Made by a program: the position numbers and the translations under genes. This document shows positions 6,569 to 7,207 of a stretch of 7,207 nucleotides of DNA, piece by piece. Origin of the DNA: Candidatus Helarchaeota ASGARD archaeon Hel_GB_B. GTDB lineage: Archaea > Asgardarchaeota > Lokiarchaeia > Helarchaeales > HEL-GB-B. The stretch covers positions 1-7,207 of the forward strand of contig SUPR01000137.1 in assembly GCA_005191425.1 (NCBI GenBank), written 5' to 3'. Every line of letters starts with the position of its first letter. Position 1 is the stretch's first letter. The notes under the pieces were generated by a model. The model was not told where the DNA came from. It did no database searches and saw only the letters and a list, made by a program, of their open reading frames with translations.

Positions 6569-6635
6569 TAGGTATATTAATAGAATTTGTATAGAAGTTA
6601 AAAAGGAGAAAAGAGTGAAACAAATTTATTGATAA

Positions 6636-7145
6636 TTTAATTCTATTGGAAATTTTAAAATATTATTAAATGTATCGGATTATGCTGGTTGGTGGACTAT
6701 TAATGAGACTTGGATTAATATAACTGATTCTAAACCCCCTATAGCCAATATCGAAATTGATATGATAGCAGTAGCCAATTTACCGTTAATATTGAATGGA
6801 GGTCTGTCTTATGATAATACCAAGATTGTAGAGTATATCTGGAATTTTGGTGATGGAAATATACTATCCACAATAGAACCCACTGTAGAACATGTATACA
6901 GAGTATCGGGAAAATATCGTGTATGTTTCACCGTAATTGATATTATGGGTAATAATGATACTGCTGTTATTTTTATAAATGTGATTAATAACGCTTCTGT
7001 TTACCCAAAAACTTCCGAAATAATATTTTTAGTTGCAACATTATGTGAAATAGAAGGGACATTAAGCTACATAATATTAAGGGAGAGATACAAGAAAAAA
7101 ACAAACAAAATCAATAATAAAATAAAGATTAAAATAAACACATAA
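6636..7145 (+). pseudogene. 5'-truncated tandem-PKD-domain surface protein with a damaged C-terminal TM segment (track ORF 6762-7145 is its 3' part)
   Basis: The frame is open from 6636, after TGA TAA at 6630-6635. FNSIGNFKILLNVSDYAG...INIT is the tail of one PKD domain. DSKPPIANI...LNGGLSYDNTKIVEYIWNFGDG...VEHVYRVSGKYRVCFTVIDIMGNNDT..IFINV is a full PKD domain with the WNFGDG signature. It is followed by IIFLVATLCEIEGTLSYIIL-RERYKKK. There is no signal peptide and no ATG before 6762. Confidence 0.75.
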
Positions 7146-7181
7146 CAAATTTTTAGGGAAAATTCATTTCCAATAGAAATC

Positions 7182-7188
7182 TTTTTTT
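7182..7188 (+). terminator. Candidate oligo(T) terminator
   Basis: T7 tract about 37 nt after the TAA at 7143-7145. Confidence 0.3.
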
Positions 7189-7207
7189 ATCACAAATTTA
7201 AATTTTT

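Noticed and set aside
6525-6632. 35-aa ORF MGLKDQGFLNMGYRGRYINRICIEVKKEKRVKQIY, in frame with the PKD relic
   Set aside because: It is short, lies in the low-complexity skewed block, has no PKD-like pattern, and is separated from the relic by two consecutive stops.

Overview
AT-rich, archaeal-looking window devoted to the cell surface. An Asgard/Lokiarchaeia-type origin is my inference from the IPGF-TM-basic C-terminal sorting tails and the low GC. There are two intact genes. (1) A 1202-aa secreted, membrane-anchored mosaic protein (1757-5365, +): signal/TM segment, 7-blade beta-propeller, Kre9/GPI-anchored-like Ig domain, second 7-blade propeller, FN3, class I glutamine-amidotransferase-like domain, and a PGF-CTERM-type anchor. 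(2) A convergent DPM1-like GT2 glycosyltransferase (5485-6213, -). Both flanks hold broken genes. On the left are a 5'-truncated propeller-repeat/IPGF-anchor fragment (844-1140, -), a probable multi-stop pseudogene (326-761, -) and a weak fragment (1149-1403, +). On the right is a 5'-truncated tandem-PKD/TM gene (frame open 6636-7145, +). Just before that break lies a non-coding block (6401-6620) with 56 G versus 3 C and three exact copies of GGGTATGAATTA. I found no rRNA, tRNA, CRISPR array or recognisable transposase/integrase. I cannot demonstrate a new system from this window alone. The best leads are the anchor-retaining gene relics around an intact surface-protein gene, and the skewed repeat block at one breakpoint.
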